64,000 nt of DNA, taken from the IMG/VR virus record IMGVR_UViG_3300016472_000494. The stretch is one strand, 5' to 3'. Shown in pieces: positions 9,376-18,690 of this stretch (position 1 is the stretch's first letter; each line of letters starts with the position of its first letter). The notes under the pieces are model-generated. The model was not told where the DNA came from. It made no database searches and worked only from the letters and a program-made list of their open reading frames with translations. The position numbers and the translations under genes are program-made. The stretch comes from a virus. Taxonomy: Duplodnaviria > Heunggongvirae > Uroviricota > Caudoviricetes.

Positions 9376-9691
9376 ACAGCAATTGGCGCAGGTTAATGAC
9401 ATTCACCATCTGATACTCCAAAGGGTTTTTGTCTTTCTTTTCAAGAAAATTAAGCAGCAGTGTGAGTTCTGCAGCTGCACTATAGTCCATTACTCTTGCA
9501 GGTTTTTCTTCCCAGTCAATTTTGTAACCTTCACCGGTGTCTGTAATAGACAAAATCTTTGAGTAGTGAACGTTTTCAGACCATGTTTTTGAGTTGGATC
9601 TTCTGAGCACGTGACAATCATCATTGCTTTCTATGATGTACTCTATATCCATAGTGTCATTGTTGATGACAAGATATCTTTCTGTGCTCAT
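9374..9691 (-). CDS. hypothetical protein
   Basis: 105-aa ORF, ATGA-type overlap with the upstream kinase-like gene. Confidence 0.45.
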   Translation of the reverse strand: MSTERYLVINNDTMDIEYIIESNDDCHVLRRSNSKTWSENVHYSKILSITDTGEGYKIDWEEKPARVMDYSAAAELTLLLNFLEKKDKNPLEYQMVNVINLRQLL

Positions 9692-10398
9692 GCAGGATTG
9701 GTTTGAAGGTCAATAAGATTTAGAACACGACACACGTATCTGACACTGCTGATTAGATCTTCCATAGTACCATTATTGTCAATGATATAGTCAAAACTAT
9801 AATTGTCAAGCGCTGTCTCACTGGGATGAGTTCCATTGTCAATGTCGCGGTTGATGCGTATCACTACGCCGCCTCGCTTCCTGATAGCTTGTGCTTCATT
9901 AGGAAAGCGTGTGTCAGTAATAATCCATTTGGAGGCCATTTCTTCATACTCACTACCTCTTGCTGAATAGGGAATAAACTCAGACATAAGCGCATTTACC
10001 CATGTGTCAGGATGCAATCCGTTACGCATGGCTTCAGTGCCCAACTTTTGTAAGAGTTTACGCACGGTCATAGGTGCCATGTAAATTTGTCCAGGAGCTA
10101 CTTCAACAGGATAGTCCCACATTGCAGGTAGCGTTTGTTTTTTAAACTCCTGGTCTTCAAATCTGTACATAGGAATGCCTGTCAAAGCTGAAGCTACTTC
10201 TTTAAGTTTTCCTGCAAACTTTTTAATAGCCCAGTGACTTAGATCAATACTAGCTGGAGTGTTTTTAAGAAAATGCAACACAAGACCGTCAGAATAATGG
10301 TGCTTGTGTGTAAGCAGTTGTATAATTTTTCCAACAGTGTCTTTGCCAGAACCAATCTTGCCAGAAATACCAATAAGGTTGACGGGTGTTGTTATCAT
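9688..10398 (-). CDS. deoxynucleoside monophosphate kinase-like P-loop protein
   Basis: 236 aa; N-terminal Walker A GISGKIGSGKDT as in phage dNMP kinases. Confidence 0.5.
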   Translation of the reverse strand: MITTPVNLIGISGKIGSGKDTVGKIIQLLTHKHHYSDGLVLHFLKNTPASIDLSHWAIKKFAGKLKEVASALTGIPMYRFEDQEFKKQTLPAMWDYPVEVAPGQIYMAPMTVRKLLQKLGTEAMRNGLHPDTWVNALMSEFIPYSARGSEYEEMASKWIITDTRFPNEAQAIRKRGGVVIRINRDIDNGTHPSETALDNYSFDYIIDNNGTMEDLISSVRYVCRVLNLIDLQTNPA

Positions 10399-10562
10399 GT
10401 TGTTTTAGAATAAGTTTTTATGCGGTTAAACAAACAGTTTTTGGAAATTTCCAGCCTGTATTTGAGACGCAGGTAGCGTTTTAGAATGTAAAACTTGCTA
10501 ATACGCGTCTTCTTTTTGTGAAGTTTGCGAAAAGCATCTTCAATAATGTCAGGGGTTTGCAT
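10395..10562 (-). CDS. small basic protein (55 aa), translationally coupled to the kinase-like gene
   Basis: ATG at 10562; MQTPDIIEDAFRKLHKKKTRISKFYILKRYLRLKYRLEISKNCLFNRIKTYSKTT; its TGA stop overlaps the ATG of gene 9688..10398 (ATGA); not in the ORF track (<60 aa). Confidence 0.3.
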   Translation of the reverse strand: MQTPDIIEDAFRKLHKKKTRISKFYILKRYLRLKYRLEISKNCLFNRIKTYSKTT

Positions 10563-10571
10563 AGTAATTGG

Positions 10572-10619
10572 TGGTTAAAAAAGATAGAGAGAGGACAATG
10601 CCTCTCTCTTTTCTTTTTG
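10572..10619 (-). terminator. rho-independent terminator (usable in both orientations) downstream of gene 10629..11459
   Basis: 9-bp stem agagagagg(10586-10594)/cctctctct(10601-10609), loop acaatg; A-run 10576-10581 (T-run on the minus strand), T-run 10610-10618 on the plus strand. Confidence 0.55.
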
Positions 10620-10628
10620 TATTACAGA

Positions 10629-11459
10629 TTAAAAAGGAAACGTTGACATATCTTCTACTACTTCTGATTCTTTTTCTTCTTCATAAAGCACTTCTGCTTC
10701 AGTTTCAGTTTCAGTAGATGAATCGTCGTCCTCACCTAAGCCAAGCATTTTTTCAAAAAGCTCATGAACCATAACCTGATGATTCATCCAGTCTGAAGGA
10801 TGCGAGTCTTTCAGTGCAATGGTAATGTGATTATACAAGGCCCAAGCAGAGTCGTTGTCAACCTTGTAGTCAAAGCTGGGATTGACCATTTCTGCACGAA
10901 TGGTGTTGAGCTGCATAGTGTTCAGAAGTTTCTTTCTGAAAAACAGCTCACCTAATATGTCATGTTGCGCGGTGCTTGGCAGAAGCACTTCTTTAAGTTG
11001 GTCTTTGTGCTGAACAAGCGTGCTCCAGTAAACATCAGAGTCGTTGATAAACTCTGAGATCTTGCCTTCTGCCAGCATTCCTGCGGCACCTGTGTGCACA
11101 CGCTTGTAGCTGCCAAACTTGTTATTGGACAGCATCATGCCGTTATTGCAAATCTTTACAAGACCGCCCAGGCTAAAGCGAAACGCGTACTGTTTGTTGT
11201 AAGAGTTCAAAAAGCTTGCGCTTAGTTCTATGTCTGGGTCAGTTTTGTAGTTCATGCGAAATGTACCAATGGCTATTTGACCGTCGTTGGTGGCGCGGTA
11301 CTCTTCACCAGTGATAATATAGCCTGCTGATGTGATTTCACTTCTCACACGGTTGATTACTGCTGTGTGAGCAATCGGTGTGTATGTAGCTGTTTTTGCT
11401 GGCAATGGTGAACCAATCATCTTGGAGTAAGCCATCATGCCGTTTATGGTTCTTTTCAT
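10629..11459 (-). CDS. hypothetical protein with poly-acidic C-terminal tail (DUF932-like size and context, unverified)
   Basis: 276 aa; C-terminus DDDSSTETETEAEVLYEEEKESEVVEDM; immediately downstream of the DNA polymerase gene. Confidence 0.4.
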   Translation of the reverse strand: MKRTINGMMAYSKMIGSPLPAKTATYTPIAHTAVINRVRSEITSAGYIITGEEYRATNDGQIAIGTFRMNYKTDPDIELSASFLNSYNKQYAFRFSLGGLVKICNNGMMLSNNKFGSYKRVHTGAAGMLAEGKISEFINDSDVYWSTLVQHKDQLKEVLLPSTAQHDILGELFFRKKLLNTMQLNTIRAEMVNPSFDYKVDNDSAWALYNHITIALKDSHPSDWMNHQVMVHELFEKMLGLGEDDDSSTETETEAEVLYEEEKESEVVEDMSTFPF

Positions 11460-11460
11460 C

Positions 11461-13443
11461 TTAAAAAAATGTTAGTTGAATGTGTTGTTCTTTACGTGGT
11501 AATACAGGAGAAGACTTTTCTATCTTCTTGATCTCTTCATAGATCTTGTCCAAATAAAACTGTTCATTGACGTTGTACTCAGACCAGGGCTTGTTTTCAT
11601 GTCTGTTGAAAATGGTCTGAAGAGATCTACCACTTTCAAGTTGTATTTCCCTGCCATCAGGGTTGCACTTAATGATCTTGCATCCTTGGTTGGATATGTA
11701 GTAACGAACTAGTTTCTGCAGTTTTTCTTTGATAAAGGATGTGTTTTCAATACTGTGTTTCATAAAGTACCAGTCACCTCTGAGCTTGGCACCAGCGCAA
11801 TAGTCATAGATGTTGCGGTTGGCTTGTAAAAACTCAGCAGGATCAATGCCATGTACAAAGTAGGCATACCAGGCCTTAGGAATAATCAGCATAGACTTGT
11901 TTTTGTGCAGTGGGAGCTCTTCAAACTCAAAACGTCCTTTGCACTTGGTCTTGCCAGAAGTATCTATGGCAATGTAGTTATTGACATCACCAATGATCAT
12001 CTTCTTATACTCTACTGTTTCCAGCTGCAGCTGTGTCATTGCTTCCCATTCTTTGCAAATCTGGTAAAACAATTCTTCGTATTGCTCATCAATAAGAAAC
12101 TCCAAACCATCTGTGTTCTGCATCAGTGGCTGTGCTCCTGGAATGCGTGTGGCAATCATCTCATAGAGCATGGTAAGCAGCAACTGGCCGTTGATTGTAA
12201 TCCTGAAAGTAAACTCAGGGTCATACAGGAACGAATACTTGTTCTTGCTCAAACCATAGGTAGAGTTCAGGATAATCTTGAACAGATAGTTCAGAGGAGA
12301 AGACTTAGGGTACTTTTTGCGCTCTTCAAAAAACCACTCATACAGCTCACAGAAATCATCCTTAGGGATGTGTGCAGGAGCCCAGCGGTTCTTGATAGCC
12401 AGGTTAGGATAAAACGACGTCACGTCTGCTGAGAGGATCTTTTTACCTTTGGCTGCAGTGTAGATGCCAGAGGCCGCACAACCGTGTAGTCCTCCCAGAC
12501 CATAGTCTGTGGGAACCTCTTTAAAGATCACACGATGCTTGGGACCTTTGCTTTTTTGAGACTCTTCTGTTTCATCTAGGATCGCTGTATCTACCACCAG
12601 AGATTTAAACCAGTTGTGAACACTGGTAAACTCTGGGGTAGAAAAGCATACATAAGGAAGTATGATGTCTCTCACAGTAACATGGGAGCGTTCTGTGCGC
12701 ATGTTTTTGATGTCGCGCTTATCCCTGTTTAGCTTTTCACTTAAGAAGTGCAAGAACATCTCCTTGCTAATTCTAGGCTCTGAGGCACTGTACAGGGTAA
12801 GATTATAGGTTGCACTAAGTTCAGCACGCAGGTTAATCTGCGAAGCCATAATCTGCTCACCTTTAGCGTTTTTAAGCAAAAAGATCTGCTTGGTGGACGC
12901 CACGTCATTGATACAATACGACACTACTTTTTGCAAAGTGTCATCATCTCTTACGGGTTCATAGTGATGATGCGGCATCTCTTCAACGTTATTCCAGTCC
13001 ATTGAGAACTGAACCCATTTCAGAGAAGTACGCTTGGCATTACTGTCCCAGTGATTGAGTTTGAAGATGTCTACACAAGGTATGCTCAGCTTATATTCTG
13101 GATAGTCAAGAAACTCCTTGCGATCAGTCTTCCCAATGACATATTGGGCGTACTGATAAATTGTTGTGGTAATTTCTTCTGCAGATCTGCCAGTAAAGTA
13201 GCCAGCGTTCTGTATGATGTACTCGGTAATCTGAGCATCAAAGGACAGGTTGTTGTAACCAAAGTGCCAGTCTTTGCGTGCCAAGTTCTGCTTAAGAAAC
13301 TCCAAAAAAGCAGGCATGTCGTTTTTATCGCGATTGACAACAAAAACATGCTGCTCTTCGGAGTCATAAGCACTGAACACAGCAACAAAGCAGTTGACAA
13401 TGGTCTCATAGTCCATTACCCAGAACTTTTGCTGTGGTTGCAT
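11461..13443 (-). CDS. family B DNA polymerase (compact, 660 aa) with N-terminal 3'-5' exonuclease region
   Basis: motif A DVTSFYPNL (Dx2SLYPS-like), motif B KIILNSTYG (Kx3NSxYG), motif C-like QNTDG; N-terminal DYET exo-I-like. Confidence 0.7.
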   Translation of the reverse strand: MQPQQKFWVMDYETIVNCFVAVFSAYDSEEQHVFVVNRDKNDMPAFLEFLKQNLARKDWHFGYNNLSFDAQITEYIIQNAGYFTGRSAEEITTTIYQYAQYVIGKTDRKEFLDYPEYKLSIPCVDIFKLNHWDSNAKRTSLKWVQFSMDWNNVEEMPHHHYEPVRDDDTLQKVVSYCINDVASTKQIFLLKNAKGEQIMASQINLRAELSATYNLTLYSASEPRISKEMFLHFLSEKLNRDKRDIKNMRTERSHVTVRDIILPYVCFSTPEFTSVHNWFKSLVVDTAILDETEESQKSKGPKHRVIFKEVPTDYGLGGLHGCAASGIYTAAKGKKILSADVTSFYPNLAIKNRWAPAHIPKDDFCELYEWFFEERKKYPKSSPLNYLFKIILNSTYGLSKNKYSFLYDPEFTFRITINGQLLLTMLYEMIATRIPGAQPLMQNTDGLEFLIDEQYEELFYQICKEWEAMTQLQLETVEYKKMIIGDVNNYIAIDTSGKTKCKGRFEFEELPLHKNKSMLIIPKAWYAYFVHGIDPAEFLQANRNIYDYCAGAKLRGDWYFMKHSIENTSFIKEKLQKLVRYYISNQGCKIIKCNPDGREIQLESGRSLQTIFNRHENKPWSEYNVNEQFYLDKIYEEIKKIEKSSPVLPRKEQHIQLTFF

Positions 13444-13850
13444 TAGCCTTGTTGTTTAGGTTCTTCGTCTTGCTTACTCTGTTTAATTACTGCAAGTGAT
13501 GGATGGTCTGGGTTAAAGGCAAAAAGCTCTACAAACCGCTCAATGTCTTCCTGGTTGTCCAGGTAGTACTCATAGTAGGTTTCCATCATGCGGCGCTCTT
13601 CAATAAAGCGCGGCTGTGTCGCATCACTGCCAGCTTTTAAAGGAATAGGCATACCTTTGTCGTTGAGCTTGGGCAGCATGTGAGGCTTCTCCTTCTGATC
13701 GCGACTAATGACTGCCAGCACACCAGTGTTGGGGTCAAAGATCACTTCATTAAAAGGACATTCCTCATGCATTGGAAGCATGCGAAAAGACTTACGCCCG
13801 TACCAGTCAGTGCTGTATACAAGCATGTTGTTAGTGGTCAATACACTCAT
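13443..13850 (-). CDS. hypothetical protein
   Basis: 135 aa, start overlaps the polymerase stop by 1 nt. Confidence 0.45.
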   Translation of the reverse strand: MSVLTTNNMLVYSTDWYGRKSFRMLPMHEECPFNEVIFDPNTGVLAVISRDQKEKPHMLPKLNDKGMPIPLKAGSDATQPRFIEERRMMETYYEYYLDNQEDIERFVELFAFNPDHPSLAVIKQSKQDEEPKQQG

Positions 13851-13877
13851 GGATTTTTGTTTGTTAAATTTTAAAAG

Positions 13878-14438
13878 TTAGTGAAGCTGCTCAATGTCAA
13901 TGGGTACCTGAACAGTGCAGGTTTCCTTTGTAATGTCAAGCAGGTCGCAGAGCTCACCCACTTCTCTGAGTACACATTCTTGCATGTTGAGGATGTCTGC
14001 GTATTGCTTGAAATATTTGCTAGGAAATAAAAATGACTCTATGTAGACCCACTCAGGTGTATGGGTTCCATAATAGTCTGTCAGAAGTTTCTTCACCTGA
14101 ACAGAAAACAATGAGTATTTGCCATTGATAAAATTATCATAATCAGCAGCAAAACTGTGCAAATCAAAGATATATACTACAATGCTGTCATCAATAGGAA
14201 CGATCTGCTCCAGCATTTTGTGCGTGACTAAAAAGTTAGCCTCAAAGTTTTTCCATTCTTCTGTGTCTTGTTTTTCAAAAACGCAGATCAGCTTGCGCTT
14301 ATCTGCAGAAAAACCTGTGCCTTGCCAACAGATATATGTCTGCAATGGCCGCGGGTGCTTTGCTCTTTTGAACCCCAACAAGGGGTATAAGAACGTGAAG
14401 GACTTTTGAAAGTACTTCTTATAGATTTCAGATATCAT
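13878..14438 (-). CDS. hypothetical protein
   Basis: 186 aa, 4-nt overlap with the upstream gene. Confidence 0.45.
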   Translation of the reverse strand: MISEIYKKYFQKSFTFLYPLLGFKRAKHPRPLQTYICWQGTGFSADKRKLICVFEKQDTEEWKNFEANFLVTHKMLEQIVPIDDSIVVYIFDLHSFAADYDNFINGKYSLFSVQVKKLLTDYYGTHTPEWVYIESFLFPSKYFKQYADILNMQECVLREVGELCDLLDITKETCTVQVPIDIEQLH

Positions 14439-15490
14439 AGTACTACTTCAGTGTTGATCAAAAATTCATAGGGTAACTCAAAGTCTCTTGTTTCAAAGTG
14501 ATGCACTGCTTGTGCAAGTTTTTCATCCAAGATGTTAAGCCACTCTTGCATTTTTTCATCAGACACGCGAATAGGTGCTATCTGCATATAAGGATCTACT
14601 ACCACAAAGCGAAAGACAATCTTGAAGTCTTTGTACTCAGGACGACTGAGATAAACGTGTTCTACCAGCCGGTGGTAAATAGCAGCCTGCAGGTAGTAAC
14701 GGTAGTACTCAATAGAGTCTTTGAAAGAAGAGATGTCTTTGCTTGACTTTTTAAGGTCATTGACCTTAATAGTCTTTGTGGAAGGATCAATCACCAGGTT
14801 GTCAATAAAACCTCTGATGCCAAAAGGATGATTGTTAGAAAACTTGACCAACTCTACCTCATTTTGCTTAATCACTCCACGCAGTGGATCTTCAAAGAAA
14901 CCCATGACATCAATAACAGCAGGAGTGTCTTTAATTTTTTGCACTACACTTTTTGCAAAATTGTATGTATCATGATCTACAATAGTGCGATTTTGTGATT
15001 GCTTAAGATAGTCCCAGTAAGACACATGCTTTTCAGTAATAATCTTGTCCAGACGCTGCGTGTCAGTCTTCAGTGACTGGTACAGGTTCATGTCTGAAAG
15101 AATGTCAATGATTGCACCTGAAAATTCATGCAGTTCTTCGCGCGTGTCTTCAGGGTTATGCTGCTTGAGTTCTTTGTAGTGATTGAATAACGTCTGCAAA
15201 AGCTGACGTGGATTGTCAGAAGGAATGTCCTGTGCGCTCAGCACAAACTCTTTGTCAAAATTTTCTGGATTGAGCAGCAAACAGTGAATAAGTTTACCTT
15301 CAATCGTGTTGCGGTCTTCTACATCATCGCGCTGACCCAGCACATAATGATTGTAGAAAAGTGCAGGACTGTACAAGAGTCTGTTAAGTCCTGAATATGA
15401 CAATAAAAAGGGTCTAGAAAAAAACTCTTCCTCTTTTTGCATGCGATCTGAAAAAGAGATGTCGGGTGCTATAAACTTGGGTGTTGCCAT
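14435..15490 (-). CDS. putative PD-(D/E)XK-family exonuclease
   Basis: 351 aa; candidate catalytic triad region ...FIDNLVID...IKVNDLKKS (D...D-x-K); replication-module context. Confidence 0.35.
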   Translation of the reverse strand: MATPKFIAPDISFSDRMQKEEEFFSRPFLLSYSGLNRLLYSPALFYNHYVLGQRDDVEDRNTIEGKLIHCLLLNPENFDKEFVLSAQDIPSDNPRQLLQTLFNHYKELKQHNPEDTREELHEFSGAIIDILSDMNLYQSLKTDTQRLDKIITEKHVSYWDYLKQSQNRTIVDHDTYNFAKSVVQKIKDTPAVIDVMGFFEDPLRGVIKQNEVELVKFSNNHPFGIRGFIDNLVIDPSTKTIKVNDLKKSSKDISSFKDSIEYYRYYLQAAIYHRLVEHVYLSRPEYKDFKIVFRFVVVDPYMQIAPIRVSDEKMQEWLNILDEKLAQAVHHFETRDFELPYEFLINTEVVL

Positions 15491-15509
15491 TTACTTTTTT
15501 TTTGTGATG

Positions 15510-15965
15510 TTAACATTTGCAGTTTTCCATGTCTCTGCCATAATACCTTCCTAGGATGTTACCATTGTAGCTGTTTGATTTCAGCACATCATGCTTGATC
15601 TGCCAGGACAACTCGCAAAAGGTCAGGTATTTTTTAGTGCAGCAGAGCTCAAGGATCTCTCGTTTAAAATTCTCAGGTCCCAGTCTTGCTACATCATGTT
15701 TCAGGTCAGCTGAAGAACCATGATATGTAAGCCAATCAGACTCTTTGACAACCTTTTTAAAGATTTTTCTGGTACCTGTAGTTGTCTTTTCTCTTTTTGA
15801 TAGTCTTGTTTTCCTTGAGGAGTGAAGACTTTTTTTACCAATGTAAAACTTGTCAGTTTTTAGATTAGTGATTTTGTAGACAAAACCTACAATTTCATTG
15901 TGGTTAGGCAGATCTTCTAATTGCAGAACAGCTTTGCCTGTAAGAGAATAAATCCAATGGTTCAT
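15510..15965 (-). CDS. free-standing GIY-YIG homing-endonuclease-like protein
   Basis: 151 aa; GFVYKITNLKTDKFYIGKKS matches GIY-x10-YIG; inserted between exonuclease-like and primase genes. Confidence 0.5.
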   Translation of the reverse strand: MNHWIYSLTGKAVLQLEDLPNHNEIVGFVYKITNLKTDKFYIGKKSLHSSRKTRLSKREKTTTGTRKIFKKVVKESDWLTYHGSSADLKHDVARLGPENFKREILELCCTKKYLTFCELSWQIKHDVLKSNSYNGNILGRYYGRDMENCKC

Positions 15966-16008
15966 AGGGTTTTGGGATTAATGAAGCTCTACAAAAGTAG
16001 TTAAAACT

Positions 16009-17073
16009 CTATAATAAACCAAAGTGATCAGGGTCTTCTTCAAGATATTTGCTTACTGCAATGTCCAGGCGAGGTACAAATTCTGCCATCGCTTTCTGCA
16101 CACCATGTATTCTTACCACTTCAGCAATGTCTTTTTCCAATGGTATATAGATAAATGGTAGGCCGTGGCGTTCTTTGTAGTTCTTCATCGCTTGAATACC
16201 TGCCTGGTCACTATCAAAAACAGTGACAATAGCCAAATAAACCTGCTTAAATTCTGTCATTAAGTCATCGCTAAACATGGTGTTTTCGCTGTCAGGAGCA
16301 ATAACATCACAGTTTAGATTCATACTTTTGATAGCAAGACAGTCTTTCAAAGAGGATGCAATTACCAAATAAGGTTTGTCCTCCAACTGGTCATAGCCCT
16401 GGGTGTGATTACAAAGTTTGATAAATTTGCGCTCACGGTTTTTGGGCTGATAGATTTTGTAGAGCTGACCTTCTTGGTTAAAGTAACCATAGATAAACTT
16501 GCTGACCACTTCAAACTCTTGCTCAACATTGTTGTCACCACTTTTTTTCTGCATAATATAGCGCGCTATAGGTACGACATTGTACTTTTCTAAAAGCTTG
16601 CTAGAAATATTGTAAGAGCCCCAAAAAGCAGCGTCATCTTTGGTCCATTGTCTGACTTTGTAGTCAGCCACTTGCCAGCGTGCGTGTTCAATGATCTTGG
16701 TCTCACAGATTTTACCAGAACGCTGATACGCTACATAGTCGGTGATGATTTTTTTAGAAGCTTCTACAAAGCTCACATTCCACAGGTGCATCATCAAATC
16801 CACTGCACTGCCTCCCTTGCCGGTAGAAAAACACTTGTAGCGGTATGATTCTGCCTCTTTGTTGTAGTACAAGTACATGGACGGTGTCTTGTCATTGGGA
16901 TTAAACAAAGAGTTAATGCGTACACGTTGGCCTGTCAAAGGCTCTGGAAGACCCAGGTAGTTTTCAAAGATCCAAGTAACTGGAACATGATTGACATCCT
17001 CAATAAACTGTTTGCTTGAAAACATAACTGCTGGGAAAAGCACAGAAAAAAAGGGATGAGAAATGCTTCCCAC
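16009..17073 (-). CDS. DnaG-like DNA primase (zinc-binding region plus TOPRIM)
   Basis: 354 aa; KCFSTGKGGSAVDLMMHL resembles DnaG HCFGCGAHGNAIDFLM; TOPRIM motif FDSDQAG. Confidence 0.6.
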   Translation of the reverse strand: MGSISHPFFSVLFPAVMFSSKQFIEDVNHVPVTWIFENYLGLPEPLTGQRVRINSLFNPNDKTPSMYLYYNKEAESYRYKCFSTGKGGSAVDLMMHLWNVSFVEASKKIITDYVAYQRSGKICETKIIEHARWQVADYKVRQWTKDDAAFWGSYNISSKLLEKYNVVPIARYIMQKKSGDNNVEQEFEVVSKFIYGYFNQEGQLYKIYQPKNRERKFIKLCNHTQGYDQLEDKPYLVIASSLKDCLAIKSMNLNCDVIAPDSENTMFSDDLMTEFKQVYLAIVTVFDSDQAGIQAMKNYKERHGLPFIYIPLEKDIAEVVRIHGVQKAMAEFVPRLDIAVSKYLEEDPDHFGLL

Positions 17074-17101
17074 CCCTTTAATTCTGTTGCTGGGTTAAAG
17101 A

Positions 17102-17887
17102 TTAGGGAAGTCTCAAATCTGCAATACCTGGGGTAGTAGTTTGAAACTGAACTTGTGTAGTTGTAATCCCATTAGAAGACGAGACATTCAACATGTCCAT
17201 AGGATTTCCTTGTGGCATTTGCTGGCCAGAAAAACTACCCACAGTTTCAGCTACATCTTCTGTTTTTACTACAATGTGCTTGGCACGATCAAAAGTAAGC
17301 AGGTTCAGCGGCTGACCGTTTTCATCTTCCACTCCAGCAAAAGGAAGCAGTTTTCCTTCAGGCTTTGGGTAAAACATGCGGTAGTTAGGCTTGTCATAAC
17401 CTTCAGTGAAGTATTCTTGACCGCCAATGGTGTGATAGGCCCACAATTCTGGGTTAACCACATAGTTTCTGACAGCATCAACATATTCCTCAATAGTAGT
17501 CGCCTCTACGTTGTCAGCATTCATCTTGTCCAGTACACCTAGTTGCTTGGCAAGGTTGTTCACCCAGCGAAAAATCTGGTCATCGCGCTGAATAGTACGA
17601 CCCTCATAGGTGTAGGTGGTAAAAGGATAGCGTCCTGAACGCACGTTGGCAATCTGCCCACGGTAGTTTCCACGTGAAGGGTCATTCTTGTCAATGGCAA
17701 TGCCCTGAAAATCATCACCTAGATCAACACCTTCCAAAGTCAGCACTACAAAGTAGGGCTCTTTTTCTGGAGAGTAGGGTGGCCTGTCAAGCTTCAGGTC
17801 AATGATGCGACAATAATGAGTGCCTGGACTCATAATCTTAGGATAGTTACTTCCTGCGTTGGGGTTGAATTTTTTTGAATTAAACAT
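17102..17887 (-). CDS. hypothetical protein
   Basis: 261 aa in the replication module; no motif recognised. Confidence 0.45.
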   Translation of the reverse strand: MFNSKKFNPNAGSNYPKIMSPGTHYCRIIDLKLDRPPYSPEKEPYFVVLTLEGVDLGDDFQGIAIDKNDPSRGNYRGQIANVRSGRYPFTTYTYEGRTIQRDDQIFRWVNNLAKQLGVLDKMNADNVEATTIEEYVDAVRNYVVNPELWAYHTIGGQEYFTEGYDKPNYRMFYPKPEGKLLPFAGVEDENGQPLNLLTFDRAKHIVVKTEDVAETVGSFSGQQMPQGNPMDMLNVSSSNGITTTQVQFQTTTPGIADLRLP

Positions 17888-17916
17888 AGTTTTTTTGTTT
17901 TTAAGGTTTTAAATGG

Positions 17917-18690
17917 TTAGTCAATAAAAATTTTATTCCAGTTATGTGTCACTGATCCATCTTCATTTACTTCAGAAACAACAATTTCTGCATTGCGAAG
18001 ATGTTCAGGACGAGCACCACAGGCAATGTCATCTGAAGTTTTGAAACTTAGAATGTTTTTGTTGCCTTTGCGGTACAAATAGCCAATTGCATCAGCATTA
18101 GAACTGGTGATGCGTTTTAGTTTACCTGTAAGGTCAAGGTCCAGTGAATTAAATTCTGAACCATTTTTTTCCAGAAGCGTGTCCTTAATGTGTCCTACCA
18201 AAATCACATGTGGAGCAAGACCTTTCAGCATGTTTAGCATAGTTTCAAATGCCTGACGTAACCATGGGTAACCAGCACCATTGGCCATGTTCAGGATAGA
18301 ACCATACTTTTCTTTACCTCCACCAGCTTTGAACCAGTTGGTACCCATAGAGCTTTTAGAATAGTTGTATTCCGCCAGTGGAATACACATTTCTTCTAAC
18401 GCAGTAATTGTGTCAACTGCAATGTACTTATATGGTTTACCTGCTTCTAAAATAGCACGTGCTATATTACTAAGTTCAGTAACATTTGAAGCTTTGATTT
18501 TCATAGCGTCTATGTAATCTGTACCATTCTCAAGATCTATAATCAAGCAGTTCTCAAGTTTGGAAAGCAGTGTGGTTTTACCCACCTTAGGTTTTGAGAA
18601 AATGATTAAGTTTTTGGGACTTTTTACAGCAGACTTTATTACGCTGGTAGGTAGAACTACACCCTGGGGTTTTACTTCTGTTGTTGCCAT
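17917..18690 (-). CDS. RecA-fold ATPase, Sak4/AAA_24-like recombination protein
   Basis: 257 aa; Walker A SKPKVGKTT near the N-terminus, Walker B-like LIIDLENG; typical phage Sak4 size. Confidence 0.5.
   Translation of the reverse strand: MATTEVKPQGVVLPTSVIKSAVKSPKNLIIFSKPKVGKTTLLSKLENCLIIDLENGTDYIDAMKIKASNVTELSNIARAILEAGKPYKYIAVDTITALEEMCIPLAEYNYSKSSMGTNWFKAGGGKEKYGSILNMANGAGYPWLRQAFETMLNMLKGLAPHVILVGHIKDTLLEKNGSEFNSLDLDLTGKLKRITSSNADAIGYLYRKGNKNILSFKTSDDIACGARPEHLRNAEIVVSEVNEDGSVTHNWNKIFID

Noticed and set aside
11851-12432. 193-aa + ORF and 13051-13446 ORFs within the DNA polymerase gene
   Set aside because: Antisense to the PolB gene with conserved motifs; no independent support.
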